This document shows, piece after piece, positions 1 to 7,953 of a stretch of 32,036 bases of DNA (positions are counted from its first letter, which is position 1; each line of letters starts with the position of its first letter). Where the stretch lies: NCBI GenBank assembly GCA_045652305.1, contig JAZRUB010000168.1, positions 1-32,036 on the forward strand, in the 5' to 3' direction. Made by a program: the position numbers and the translations under genes. Origin of the DNA: Eubacteriales bacterium. GTDB taxonomy: Bacteria; Bacillota; Clostridia; Oscillospirales; CAG-382. Below the pieces are notes generated by a model, which saw nothing but the letters and a program-made list of their open reading frames with translations, did no database searches and was not told the DNA's origin.

Positions 1-888
1 ATCCGTTCTTACGTTACGGATACCGTTACCAGTTATTATAACGACAGAGCGGGTTCTCAACAGGTTGAACTTGTTTACGTTCTTCTTCCTAATGTTACTA
101 CCATGTATCCCGAAATTCTTCCCGAAAGTATTTTGGAAAATGCTGCATCGAAAACTATTTATGACCAGGTTAGCACAACCCTTTCCGAAACCAGAGCTAC
201 CGTCATTGATATGAAACCCATTTTCGAAAGCGTTAAAGCCGATACCGCACTCATGGAACAGTATGGTGGACTTTATCGTGAAACCGATAGCTCTCTTTCC
301 GACTACGGTGCATATCTCACCTATCGTGAAATTATGAACGTTGTTGCACAGCGTTTTCCTGATGCGGCTCCCAGAACCGAAGATGAATTCGAATGGGAAA
401 AGACCGAAATTTTGGGCGGTAACCTTGTAAACTATCGCGACCTTGACAACAAAGTTATCAAGGAAGAAACTGTTTTGGCTACACCTAAATTCAGTCTTGA
501 TATAGGTACAAACGCAGCCGGCAAATCGAAGATTAGCTCTCTCCGTAAGTATATCGATAAGGATAACGGCAATTATAACTTCTTCACTCAGGCTGATTCT
601 ACCGACAATATCAACGGCATCGCAGAGCGTTGGGTTATCGAAGATACCACTCGCACCGATATTAATCTTCCCAGTGCACTTATCTACCGCGATTACGCTT
701 CTCTCGTAATGTCCGATATTATGGCAGAAAGATTCGGCAAATGCATGCTTAATAAAGCAGGTGAACTTTCAATCAACCTTACCTTTGCAGGTCAGTATGC
801 ATCTGAAGACGACAATGTTGTAGACTACATTATCGTTATTGTTTCGGAAGAGAATTTTGATAAAGCATTCACGCTTGCACTTTCGTAA
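1..888 (+). CDS. hypothetical protein, C-terminal part (5' end lies outside the window)
   Basis: Frame 1 is open from base 1: IRSYVTDTVTSYYNDRAGSQQVELVYVLLPNVTT precedes the first ATG at 103. The stop is at 886-888 and a terminator follows. Codon usage resembles the strongly biased operon at 25.9-31.7 kb. No family recognised. Confidence 0.6.
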   Translation: MRSYVTDTVTSYYNDRAGSQQVELVYVLLPNVTTMYPEILPESILENAASKTIYDQVSTTLSETRATVIDMKPIFESVKADTALMEQYGGLYRETDSSLSDYGAYLTYREIMNVVAQRFPDAAPRTEDEFEWEKTEILGGNLVNYRDLDNKVIKEETVLATPKFSLDIGTNAAGKSKISSLRKYIDKDNGNYNFFTQADSTDNINGIAERWVIEDTTRTDINLPSALIYRDYASLVMSDIMAERFGKCMLNKAGELSINLTFAGQYASEDDNVVDYIIVIVSEENFDKAFTLALS

Positions 889-944
889 AATCAATATAAA
901 TTGCTTAAAAGCCGATTTATAAGGCGTCATCTTATGTGAATAAT

Positions 945-979
945 AAAAAACCTCGATGAAATTTCATCGAGGTTTTTTA
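945..979. terminator. bidirectional rho-independent terminator between convergent genes
   Basis: Stem CCTCGATG (951-958) pairs with CATCGAGG (965-972) around the loop AAATTT. It is flanked by A6 (945-950) and T6 (973-978). Confidence 0.7.
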
Positions 980-1006
980 TTGGTCGTTAAGTTTTTGGTT
1001 GTTTGA

Positions 1007-1690
1007 TTAGTTGCCGTAAACTTCAATTTCGTTGGTGAATAGGTGGTATCCTTCGCCGCCTGCGGTATATTCAACTTTTACATAACGTGCGCTTATTGCT
1101 TCAAATCCACCTTCCGCCCAACCGATTGTGTTTAGTTCGGGGACGGTGAGAGAAACGGGATTGGTAAATGTTTTTCCGTCGTTAGAAACCCAAACAACAA
1201 CCGAACCAACGGGTGAAATGGAGGCTTCGTTTCCGGTATAAACGTTGGTTCTGACACCCGTAACGTTCTTTTCCTCACCAAGGTCGATAATTACTGTGCC
1301 AACACCGTCGATACGGTTAGCTGCGCCGTCTATATCGGGTTCGGAGTTAAAGGAAAACCAAGAACTGTTGTAAACTAATTTATCAACAGCAATGCCATCG
1401 GTGAGGTCTGCTGTATAGTTTGCGGGCCATTTATCGTGTTTAACAACGTAGCCCTTACCGCCGGGAACTTCATATTGACAACCCTTGGAAATCACTTCGC
1501 CGGTAATAGCTATAGGTTCTGCAGGTTCATTGTTGGGTTTTTCGTTCGTTTCTGGTGCTGTTGAAGATTCGTTTACGGTCGATTCAACCATAGAGGATTC
1601 TGCTGTACTGTTGTTTTCGGTTTCGCCTCCGCAAGAAACAAGGGAAATACAAGCAAGAGCGAAAACAAGTATAAAAGATAAAATTTTCAT
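1007..1690 (-). CDS. lipoprotein with C-terminal F5/8 type C (discoidin / CBM32-like) domain
   Basis: Signal peptide plus lipobox MKILSFILVFALACISLVS|CGG, then an S/T/E/N-rich linker. The C-terminal ~150 aa show a discoidin-like pattern (VTGVRTNVY, VWVSNDGKTF, ARYVKVEY, NEIEVYGN). RBS AAAGGAG lies 7 nt upstream of ATG 1690. Confidence 0.75.
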   Translation of the reverse strand: MKILSFILVFALACISLVSCGGETENNSTAESSMVESTVNESSTAPETNEKPNNEPAEPIAITGEVISKGCQYEVPGGKGYVVKHDKWPANYTADLTDGIAVDKLVYNSSWFSFNSEPDIDGAANRIDGVGTVIIDLGEEKNVTGVRTNVYTGNEASISPVGSVVVWVSNDGKTFTNPVSLTVPELNTIGWAEGGFEAISARYVKVEYTAGGEGYHLFTNEIEVYGN

Positions 1691-1719
1691 TTGAAGTCTC
1701 CTTTTTATAAGCTATATAC

Positions 1720-1748
1720 ATTGTATAACAGCATATATAATAAGTCAA
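1720..1748 (-). promoter_or_regulatory. sigma-70/SigA-type promoter TTGACT-17-TACAAT for the lipoprotein gene
   Basis: On the minus strand, TTGACT is at plus 1743-1748, the spacer is 17 nt, and TACAAT is at plus 1720-1725. Confidence 0.5.
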
Positions 1749-1799
1749 GTGTTGACACGATGTTTAATCTTTAGGTGTTAGCTTTGTTTAATATAAGTG

Positions 1800-1828
1800 T
1801 TGTTTTTGTTGTTTTTTTGTGTTATAAT
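1800..1828 (+). promoter_or_regulatory. candidate promoter TTGTTT-17-TGtTATAAT (extended -10) for the 1869-5932 operon
   Basis: TATAAT is at 1823-1828, preceded by TGt at 1820-1822. A weak -35 TTGTTT is at 1800-1805. Confidence 0.4.
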
Positions 1829-1868
1829 GAATATAATTGGTTTATGTTTCAGTAAAGGCGAAGTTATT

Positions 1869-2618
1869 ATGCGCAAAGCAAAACTAAAATTCGACAAAGT
1901 GCGAATCGAAATGAAAATGTTACTGATGTCGATTCCGGCAACAACAGTGACCTTGTTCGTTGTCAGCGTTATTTGTATGAACCTTCTTGCAAATAAAACA
2001 CTTTTACAGTTGGAATGGATAGCATTAGACGGTGGAATATTGATTTCTTGGCTGTCGTTTATGTGTATGGATATTATAACCAAACATTTCGGCCCCAAGG
2101 CATCTAATCGCATTTCGGTACTTGCCGCAATGATTAATCTGCTCACCTGTTTGATTTTCTTTATTGCGAGCATAATTCCTTCTAACGCAAATGATTACAG
2201 CGCTTTCGACAATATTTTCGGCGGTACTTGGTTTATACTTTTGGGAAGTACGGTTGCTTTTCTTGCTTCTGCTGTAATAAATAATAAATTGAATTGGATG
2301 ATAGGCGAACTATTCCGCAAGAATCCAAACGGAAAAACAGCGTTTGCGATGAGGAGCTATATTTCGACTTTTATAGGTCAGTTTTTGGATAATTTTATCT
2401 TTTCAATTATAGTTTTTGTGGTCTTTGCTCCGATTTTTTGGGACGGATTCCATTGGACGGTACTCCAGTGCAGTATGTGTGCCTTGACAGGCGCGGTTGC
2501 GGAACTTATCATGGAAATTGTTTTTTCACCTATTGGGTACCGTATCACTAAAAAATGGGAAAACGAGTCTGTCGGCAGGGAATATTTTGACTATATAGCA
2601 AAGGAATCAAAAGAATGA
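1869..2618 (+). CDS. queuosine-precursor transporter-like membrane protein (YhhQ / VUT / DUF165 family)
   Basis: Polytopic membrane protein. LLANKTLLQL...LDGGILISWLSFMCMDIITKHFGPKASNR resembles the YhhQ/VUT signature. The ORF-track start at 1797 lies upstream of the predicted -10 box, so ATG 1869 (MRKAKL..., AAAGG upstream) is preferred. The start is uncertain. Confidence 0.7.
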   Translation: MRKAKLKFDKVRIEMKMLLMSIPATTVTLFVVSVICMNLLANKTLLQLEWIALDGGILISWLSFMCMDIITKHFGPKASNRISVLAAMINLLTCLIFFIASIIPSNANDYSAFDNIFGGTWFILLGSTVAFLASAVINNKLNWMIGELFRKNPNGKTAFAMRSYISTFIGQFLDNFIFSIIVFVVFAPIFWDGFHWTVLQCSMCALTGAVAELIMEIVFSPIGYRITKKWENESVGREYFDYIAKESKE

Positions 2619-3268
2619 AAGTTTTGATTACGGGAACGTCGCAAGGTATAGGAAAAGCGATTGCAGAACTCTTTTTAAAAGAGGGACATAGCGTTATCGG
2701 TATAGACAAACAAGAAGCAAGTATTGCCCATACCTCCTATACACATTATAATTGCGACGTAAGGGATAAAGAAAATTTGCCTTATATCGAAGACGTAGAA
2801 ATACTTATAAATAACGCAGGAACGCAAAATGAAGACGATATAGACGTCAATTTGAAGGCATTGATTTACATTACCGAGAAATACGGGGTACAGCCTAATA
2901 TTAAATCGGTTTTGAATATAGGCTCTGCAAGCGCGCATACAGGCTCGGAATTTCCAGAATATTGCGCAAGCAAGGGTGGGGTTATTTCATACACAAAAAA
3001 CGTTGCAATGCGAATCGCAAAATATGGCGCTACTTGCAATAGCTTAGACCCGGGCGGAGTAATTACACCGCTTAACGAATGTGTTATGAACGACCCGACA
3101 CTTTGGGAACAGATAATGAACGAAACTCCGCTTAAGAGATGGGCAACCGCTGAAGAAATTGCACAATGGGCATATTTCTTGACGGTAATTAATAAATTCT
3201 GCACAGGACAGAACCTTTTGGTAGACGGCGGAGAGTCGATAAATTATAACTTTATTTGGAAAGATTAG
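2615..3268 (+). CDS. SDR-family NAD(P)-dependent oxidoreductase
   Basis: TGTSQGIGKAIA (TGxxxGxG), NNAG and YCASK (YxxxK) motifs. The ATGA start/stop overlap with the upstream gene (2615-2618) suggests translational coupling. Confidence 0.85.
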   Translation: MKVLITGTSQGIGKAIAELFLKEGHSVIGIDKQEASIAHTSYTHYNCDVRDKENLPYIEDVEILINNAGTQNEDDIDVNLKALIYITEKYGVQPNIKSVLNIGSASAHTGSEFPEYCASKGGVISYTKNVAMRIAKYGATCNSLDPGGVITPLNECVMNDPTLWEQIMNETPLKRWATAEEIAQWAYFLTVINKFCTGQNLLVDGGESINYNFIWKD

Positions 3269-3357
3269 TCGTATGTAGAATACATCTAGTCGTAAAACAT
3301 TATATTTTAAATAGATTATAACTATCGGAATATTTCAAACGGAGTATCGATACTCAA

Positions 3358-4569
3358 ATGAAGAAAAAGCAGAAATGGATGAAATATCGTCACAGAGTGG
3401 TGAGAAATATCGCTATGACGATACTCTATCCTTATTCAAAAATAAAATACGGAATAAAAATCGACCGATTTAAAGAACAAGGCGATAGGGCATATCTCGT
3501 ATTGTTTAATCACCAGACCGCGTTTGACCAATTTTTTGTCGGTATGGCATTCAAAGGCCCTATATATTACCTCGCAAGCGAGGATTTATTCTCGAAAGGT
3601 TGGGTTTCATCGGCATTAAGGTGGCTTGTTGCACCTATTCCGATAAAAAAACAAACGACTGATATTGCCGCTGTTTTGAATTGCATGAGAGTCGCAAAAG
3701 AGGGCGGTACTATTGCAATCGCGCCCGAGGGAAACCGTACATATAGCGGAAAAACAGAATATATGAACCCCTCGATATCCATGCTTGCAAAACGTATAAA
3801 ACTTCCAATAGTTTTGTATCGCATCGAGGGAGGTTACGGTGTTCATCCCCGTTGGAGTGATGTTGTGCGAAAAGGCAGTATGCATTGTTACGTTTCGCGC
3901 GTTATCGAGCCTGACGAATACGAAAAAATGACCGACGATGAACTTCTTCGCGAAATCGAAAACGGACTTATGGTTGACGAGGGAGTCGATGACGGCTTGT
4001 TCAAATCAAAAAAATCTGCCGAATATCTCGAACGTGCCGTTTACGTTTGTCCGTTCTGCGGTCTTTCGGAATTTGAAAGTAACGGCAAAGAAATAGAATG
4101 TAAAAAATGTAACCGCAAAATAATCTACGGTGACGACAAAAAACTTAAAGGAGAAGGTTTTGATTTTCCGTTTGAGTTTGTTACCGAGTGGTACGAATAT
4201 CAAAAAGATTTTGTGAATTCACTCGATTTAACAAAATATTACGATAAACCCATGTATGTAGAACATTCGAATCTGTCGGAAGTAATCGTAAATAAACGTA
4301 AGAATATCATTTTCGAAAATGCCGAAATTCGTCTGTACGGCGATAGAATAACGATAAACGAGGGAAGTGAAAACTCATTGCTTTTCCCGTTTGACGAGGT
4401 GACCGCCGTATCTGTTTTGGGTCGCAATAAGTTGAATATATACCATGACAAAAGGGTATTCCAGCTGAAAAGCAACAAACGCTTTAATGCGCTTAAGTAT
4501 GTGAATATGTATTACCGTTATAAAAATATAAGCAAAGGAGATAACGATGGAGAATTTTTGGGACTTTAA
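3358..4569 (+). CDS. lysophospholipid (1-acyl-sn-glycerol-3-phosphate, PlsC-like) acyltransferase with C-terminal zinc-ribbon extension
   Basis: NHQTAFDQF (HX4D) and IAPEGNRT acyltransferase motifs lie in the N-terminal ~200 aa. A CPFCG...CKKCN zinc ribbon and a further ~150 aa follow. Confidence 0.75.
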   Translation: MKKKQKWMKYRHRVVRNIAMTILYPYSKIKYGIKIDRFKEQGDRAYLVLFNHQTAFDQFFVGMAFKGPIYYLASEDLFSKGWVSSALRWLVAPIPIKKQTTDIAAVLNCMRVAKEGGTIAIAPEGNRTYSGKTEYMNPSISMLAKRIKLPIVLYRIEGGYGVHPRWSDVVRKGSMHCYVSRVIEPDEYEKMTDDELLREIENGLMVDEGVDDGLFKSKKSAEYLERAVYVCPFCGLSEFESNGKEIECKKCNRKIIYGDDKKLKGEGFDFPFEFVTEWYEYQKDFVNSLDLTKYYDKPMYVEHSNLSEVIVNKRKNIIFENAEIRLYGDRITINEGSENSLLFPFDEVTAVSVLGRNKLNIYHDKRVFQLKSNKRFNALKYVNMYYRYKNISKGDNDGEFLGL

Positions 4570-5932
4570 CGTTTGGAGCGGTTTTAATCTAATCGCGGTT
4601 TTGTTAGTTAGTTTGCTTGTTGCAAACATTTTGAAAAAAAGCATAAAATTTCTGCAATCATCGCTTATCCCGACGTCTGTTCTTGCCGGTGGTGTTTTGA
4701 TAGTTGTTGCAGGCATATATAAGTCGGTAACCGGAAACATCATGTTCGATACCGAATTCTTCGGTGGTAACGGAACGGCAACGCTTGAATTAATTACATA
4801 TCACACTCTCGCGTTGGGATTTATCGCTTCTGCTTTTAAAAACTCAAAAGAGAAATTCAATAAAAAAAGAGCAAACGAAGTATTCAATACCGGTGTAACA
4901 ACGGTTTCTACCTATCTGCTTCAAGGTGTAGTCGGCATGCTCATCACCATTGTTGCCGCTATGGTAGTAAAGGACTTCTTTTCTGCGGCAGGACTTTTGC
5001 TCCCGTTCGGATATGGACAGGGAACAGGTCAGGCACTTAATTACGGCGGAATTTACGAATACGACTTCGGTTTTTCGGGTGGTAAAAGCTTCGGACTTAC
5101 AATCGCGGCATTTGGTTTTATCTCGGCGAGCATCGGTGGCGTTATTCATTTGAATATTTTGAGAAAACGTGGCAAAATAGGGGTAAGAGCAACCGAAGAG
5201 GGTGCTTTGCGCTCGGAAGAAATCCAATCGGATAACGAAATCCCCATGCAAGAAAGCATAGATAAAATGACCGTGCAGATTGCGCTCATTGCATTGGCAT
5301 ATCTTTTGGCATACCTCTTTATGTTTATGTTGGGCAATATCTTGCCGAATATGAAATCGGTAATCTTTGGCTTTAATTTCTTGCTCGGTGTCTTAAGTGC
5401 AACCTTGATAAAGGCTACGATGAGCTTTTTGAAAAAGAAAAACGTCATAAAGAAAGAGCACACAAACGACTTCCTTATGACACGTGCGAGCAACTTTTTC
5501 TTTGACATAATGGTAGTTGCCGGCATCGCGGCAATTCGTCTGAGCACCTTGGAAAAATACTGGGGCATAATTTTGATTATGGGCGTTATAGGATTGGTAA
5601 TCACTTACGCGTATAATTATTTTGTGGCAAAGACGCTTTTCAAAGATTATCAAGAGGAACAGTTCCTCGCGATGTACGGAATGTTAACCGGCACCGCAAG
5701 TACGGGTATCATTCTTCTTCGTGAAATAGACGGTAATTTCGAAACTCCTGCATCGGACAACTTGGTTTACCAGAACTTTCCTGCTATCGTTTTTGGTTTC
5801 CCGTTGATGATACTTGCAACACTTGCTCCCGTAAAACCCATCTTGACGGTGATAATACTGTTTCTTTTCTTTGTCGTTTTGAATATAATTCTGTTCAGAA
5901 GCTTTATTTTCAAAAAACGTAAGAAAAAGTAA
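4547..5932 (+). CDS. sodium/glutamate symporter-like transporter (GltS / ESS family)
   Basis: Polytopic membrane protein. FLQSSLIPTSVLAGGVL, GYGQGTGQA and GMLTGTASTG align by eye with E. coli GltS (FLKKYTIPEPVAGGLL, SGGHGTGAA, GFGLGATPT). RBS AAAGGAG lies 6 nt before the ATG. The gene overlaps the upstream gene by 23 nt. Confidence 0.6.
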   Translation: MENFWDFNVWSGFNLIAVLLVSLLVANILKKSIKFLQSSLIPTSVLAGGVLIVVAGIYKSVTGNIMFDTEFFGGNGTATLELITYHTLALGFIASAFKNSKEKFNKKRANEVFNTGVTTVSTYLLQGVVGMLITIVAAMVVKDFFSAAGLLLPFGYGQGTGQALNYGGIYEYDFGFSGGKSFGLTIAAFGFISASIGGVIHLNILRKRGKIGVRATEEGALRSEEIQSDNEIPMQESIDKMTVQIALIALAYLLAYLFMFMLGNILPNMKSVIFGFNFLLGVLSATLIKATMSFLKKKNVIKKEHTNDFLMTRASNFFFDIMVVAGIAAIRLSTLEKYWGIILIMGVIGLVITYAYNYFVAKTLFKDYQEEQFLAMYGMLTGTASTGIILLREIDGNFETPASDNLVYQNFPAIVFGFPLMILATLAPVKPILTVIILFLFFVVLNIILFRSFIFKKRKKK

Positions 5933-5943
5933 AACATACATAC

Positions 5944-5972
5944 AAAAACCATCCGTTTAGGATGGTTTTTTG
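5944..5972. terminator. bidirectional rho-independent terminator
   Basis: AAAAA-CCATCC (5949-5954), loop GTTTA, GGATGG (5960-5965), then TTTTTT. It lies between convergent genes. Confidence 0.6.
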
Positions 5973-5978
5973 TTCGTC

Positions 5979-7121
5979 TTAAGAATGTAAAGTTATTTGT
6001 ACAATTTCGCTTCTTGTTCCGACTCTCATGGGCATGCCCCAAGTGCCGACACCCGAAGAAACAATAACATGAGGAGAGGTTGTATTTTCGCGGTAATAAC
6101 CGTGGTCTACCGTGTACATTATGTCGGTAATAATCGCACCGGGGAAAATCTGACCCTTGTGGGTATGTCCCGAAAGAATCAAATCAACCTCGTTTGGATA
6201 TTCGTCGATACGTGCGGGGTTGTGCTCCATAACGATAATCGGCAGACTTGTGTCAATTTCCGCTAATAGCTCGTTCGTGTCTTTTCTTTCCATATCACGA
6301 TAACCGCCGATAGGGGATTTATCTAATCTTCCGACCAAGACAAATTTTCCGTCAATGATTACGCTCTCGTCGTAAAGTGGGTGAATTTCACTTTTTTCAA
6401 GAAACTCTTTCATTTGCGGTACGGTACTTCCCGAATCATGGTTGCCAAAGCAAAGGTAAGTGCCGTATTTTGATTGCAGTTTTTTTAGGGTTTCGATAGC
6501 ACCTTCGGGGTCTTTGATGGCGTTGTAATCGTTGTCAAAAAAGTCGCCTGCAATACAGATAATATCGGGGTTAAGGCTGTTTATCTTGGCAACGATACTT
6601 TCTAAACGGTCTTCGGCACCAATCGCGCCCAAATGCACGTCGCTTATCAAAACAATGTTCAGCTCATTTTCCAAAGCGTTATCCTCGATAACAATGTCGT
6701 AATTTACAACCTTTAATTGCTTTGCATTATAAAAACCGTATACCACCGTAACAAAAGTCAACCCAATAGCCGTAATTCCGCAAACAAACCTAAGTAATTC
6801 ACGAGTTATAGATAGCTTTTTGAAAAGAGTTAAGATGAAAAACGCCACGTCTGTCAAAACGGTAAACAACAGCATATATACGAAAAATCCCATACAATAT
6901 GCCGAAACAATGCATAAAAAATCCCTAACTCCTTGAGAAATCGGCAACATCGACCTGAAAAAGCCCAAGAGAATAAATAAAGTAATTACAACAAAAATCG
7001 CAATATATAAAAGGAAGACGGTCTTTGGGAATAAGAACTTAAAGCATTGAAAATATCTTCTTGCGAGATAATAATTAATCCCACATGCAAAAATCAAAAT
7101 TATTATCAGAGCAATAGGCAT
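5979..7121 (-). CDS. membrane-anchored metallophosphoesterase (calcineurin-like)
   Basis: N-terminal TM helices followed by ISDVHLG, AGDFFD, GNHD and GHTHKGQ motifs. AGGAGG lies 13 nt upstream of ATG 7121, which is a long spacing. Confidence 0.85.
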   Translation of the reverse strand: MPIALIIILIFACGINYYLARRYFQCFKFLFPKTVFLLYIAIFVVITLFILLGFFRSMLPISQGVRDFLCIVSAYCMGFFVYMLLFTVLTDVAFFILTLFKKLSITRELLRFVCGITAIGLTFVTVVYGFYNAKQLKVVNYDIVIEDNALENELNIVLISDVHLGAIGAEDRLESIVAKINSLNPDIICIAGDFFDNDYNAIKDPEGAIETLKKLQSKYGTYLCFGNHDSGSTVPQMKEFLEKSEIHPLYDESVIIDGKFVLVGRLDKSPIGGYRDMERKDTNELLAEIDTSLPIIVMEHNPARIDEYPNEVDLILSGHTHKGQIFPGAIITDIMYTVDHGYYRENTTSPHVIVSSGVGTWGMPMRVGTRSEIVQITLHS

Positions 7122-7159
7122 AACGAATTATCGTCCTCCTTTCTTTGTACTTACAGTTA

Positions 7160-7188
7160 ATTATATAATTTCCGTAAAGCAAAGTCAA
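7160..7188 (-). promoter_or_regulatory. promoter TTGACT-17-TATAAT for the metallophosphoesterase gene
   Basis: On the minus strand, TTGACT is at plus 7183-7188, the spacer is 17 nt, and TATAAT is at plus 7160-7165. Confidence 0.55.
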
Positions 7189-7194
7189 TAATCG

Positions 7195-7231
7195 AATCAA
7201 AAAGAAAAAGGCTACCGAGAGGGTAGCCTTT
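7195..7231 (-). terminator. rho-independent terminator of the lipoprotein gene 7241-7855
   Basis: The minus strand reads AAAGGCTACC-CTCTC-GGTAGCCTTTTTCTTTTT. The stem is plus 7210-7216 paired with 7222-7228. Confidence 0.75.
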
Positions 7232-7240
7232 AATGGCGTA

Positions 7241-7855
7241 TTATTCTATCGATTCGCCTTTTTTGTTTGTAATATCGATTTTGAAAACTTTGCCTAACTG
7301 TAATGGGTATGATTCCAAAATAAGACCGTCAAATTCAATGCGAAGATAATTGTCGGTCACCATAGATGCATCATTGGCAAGCACGCCTGCTATCTTTTCG
7401 GTAGAAACAGTAATTTGATTGCCGATATTTACACCGCAGTTTCCTTTGTCGGTTACTTCAAGCAACATCGATTTTTCGTATAGTTCTACTACTTTTGCGA
7501 TGAAGTAACTCTGACCTTCTGTTTTTATTTCCACAAGCACCGCTTCTTCAATATCGAAATAATCGTTCATATTACTGCTGAGCCCGCTTGCCATCATGGC
7601 TTTGTGAAATGAAATATCTTCTATGTTGCTCAAATAAACATACGTGGTGTCTTTAACCGCAGATGGCTGTCTCCCGCTGATTTCTAATCTGTATTTGTAG
7701 GTATGTCCATCGTATTGCCATGTGCCGTCTGACATCTCGTAATAGGTTTTCATATTGCCGTCGATAGTTCTAATGGGTTGCGAAGATTGATTACTGCAAC
7801 CTGCTAAACAAAGTAAAGATATTAATACTAAAACAAATGCACTCAATCTTTTCAT
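7241..7855 (-). CDS. hypothetical lipoprotein
   Basis: Lipobox MKRLSAFVLVLISLLCLAG|CSN. RBS AAGGAG lies 7 nt upstream. The gene has its own promoter and terminator. No family recognised. Confidence 0.7.
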   Translation of the reverse strand: MKRLSAFVLVLISLLCLAGCSNQSSQPIRTIDGNMKTYYEMSDGTWQYDGHTYKYRLEISGRQPSAVKDTTYVYLSNIEDISFHKAMMASGLSSNMNDYFDIEEAVLVEIKTEGQSYFIAKVVELYEKSMLLEVTDKGNCGVNIGNQITVSTEKIAGVLANDASMVTDNYLRIEFDGLILESYPLQLGKVFKIDITNKKGESIE

Positions 7856-7885
7856 ACAATACTCCTTTACTGTTTTCTTAAGCCA

Positions 7886-7914
7886 AATATATCATAAAAC
7901 TGTAATTGGTTCAA
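7886..7914 (-). promoter_or_regulatory. promoter TTGAAC-17-TGaTATATT (extended -10)
   Basis: On the minus strand, TTGAAC is at plus 7909-7914 and TATATT is at plus 7886-7891, preceded by TGa. Confidence 0.5.
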
Positions 7915-7953
7915 CTTGACTCTCAAATCGCTTTGTGCAAAAAAGGATGGACT

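Noticed and set aside
1829-1868. preQ1 riboswitch upstream of the YhhQ-like queuosine-precursor transporter
   Set aside because: Such transporters are often preQ1-regulated. Here the ~35-40-nt leader (AATTGGTTTATGTTTCAGTAAAGGCGAAG) lacks the short hairpin plus the A-rich ...AAAAAACTA tail of preQ1-I, and it is too short for classes II and III.
1778-2173. 131-aa minus-strand ORF, and the 1797 start of the plus-strand ORF
   Set aside because: The minus ORF is antisense to the YhhQ-like membrane protein. The 1797 start would place the predicted -10 box inside the coding region and add a hydrophobic, unconserved-looking 24-aa extension.
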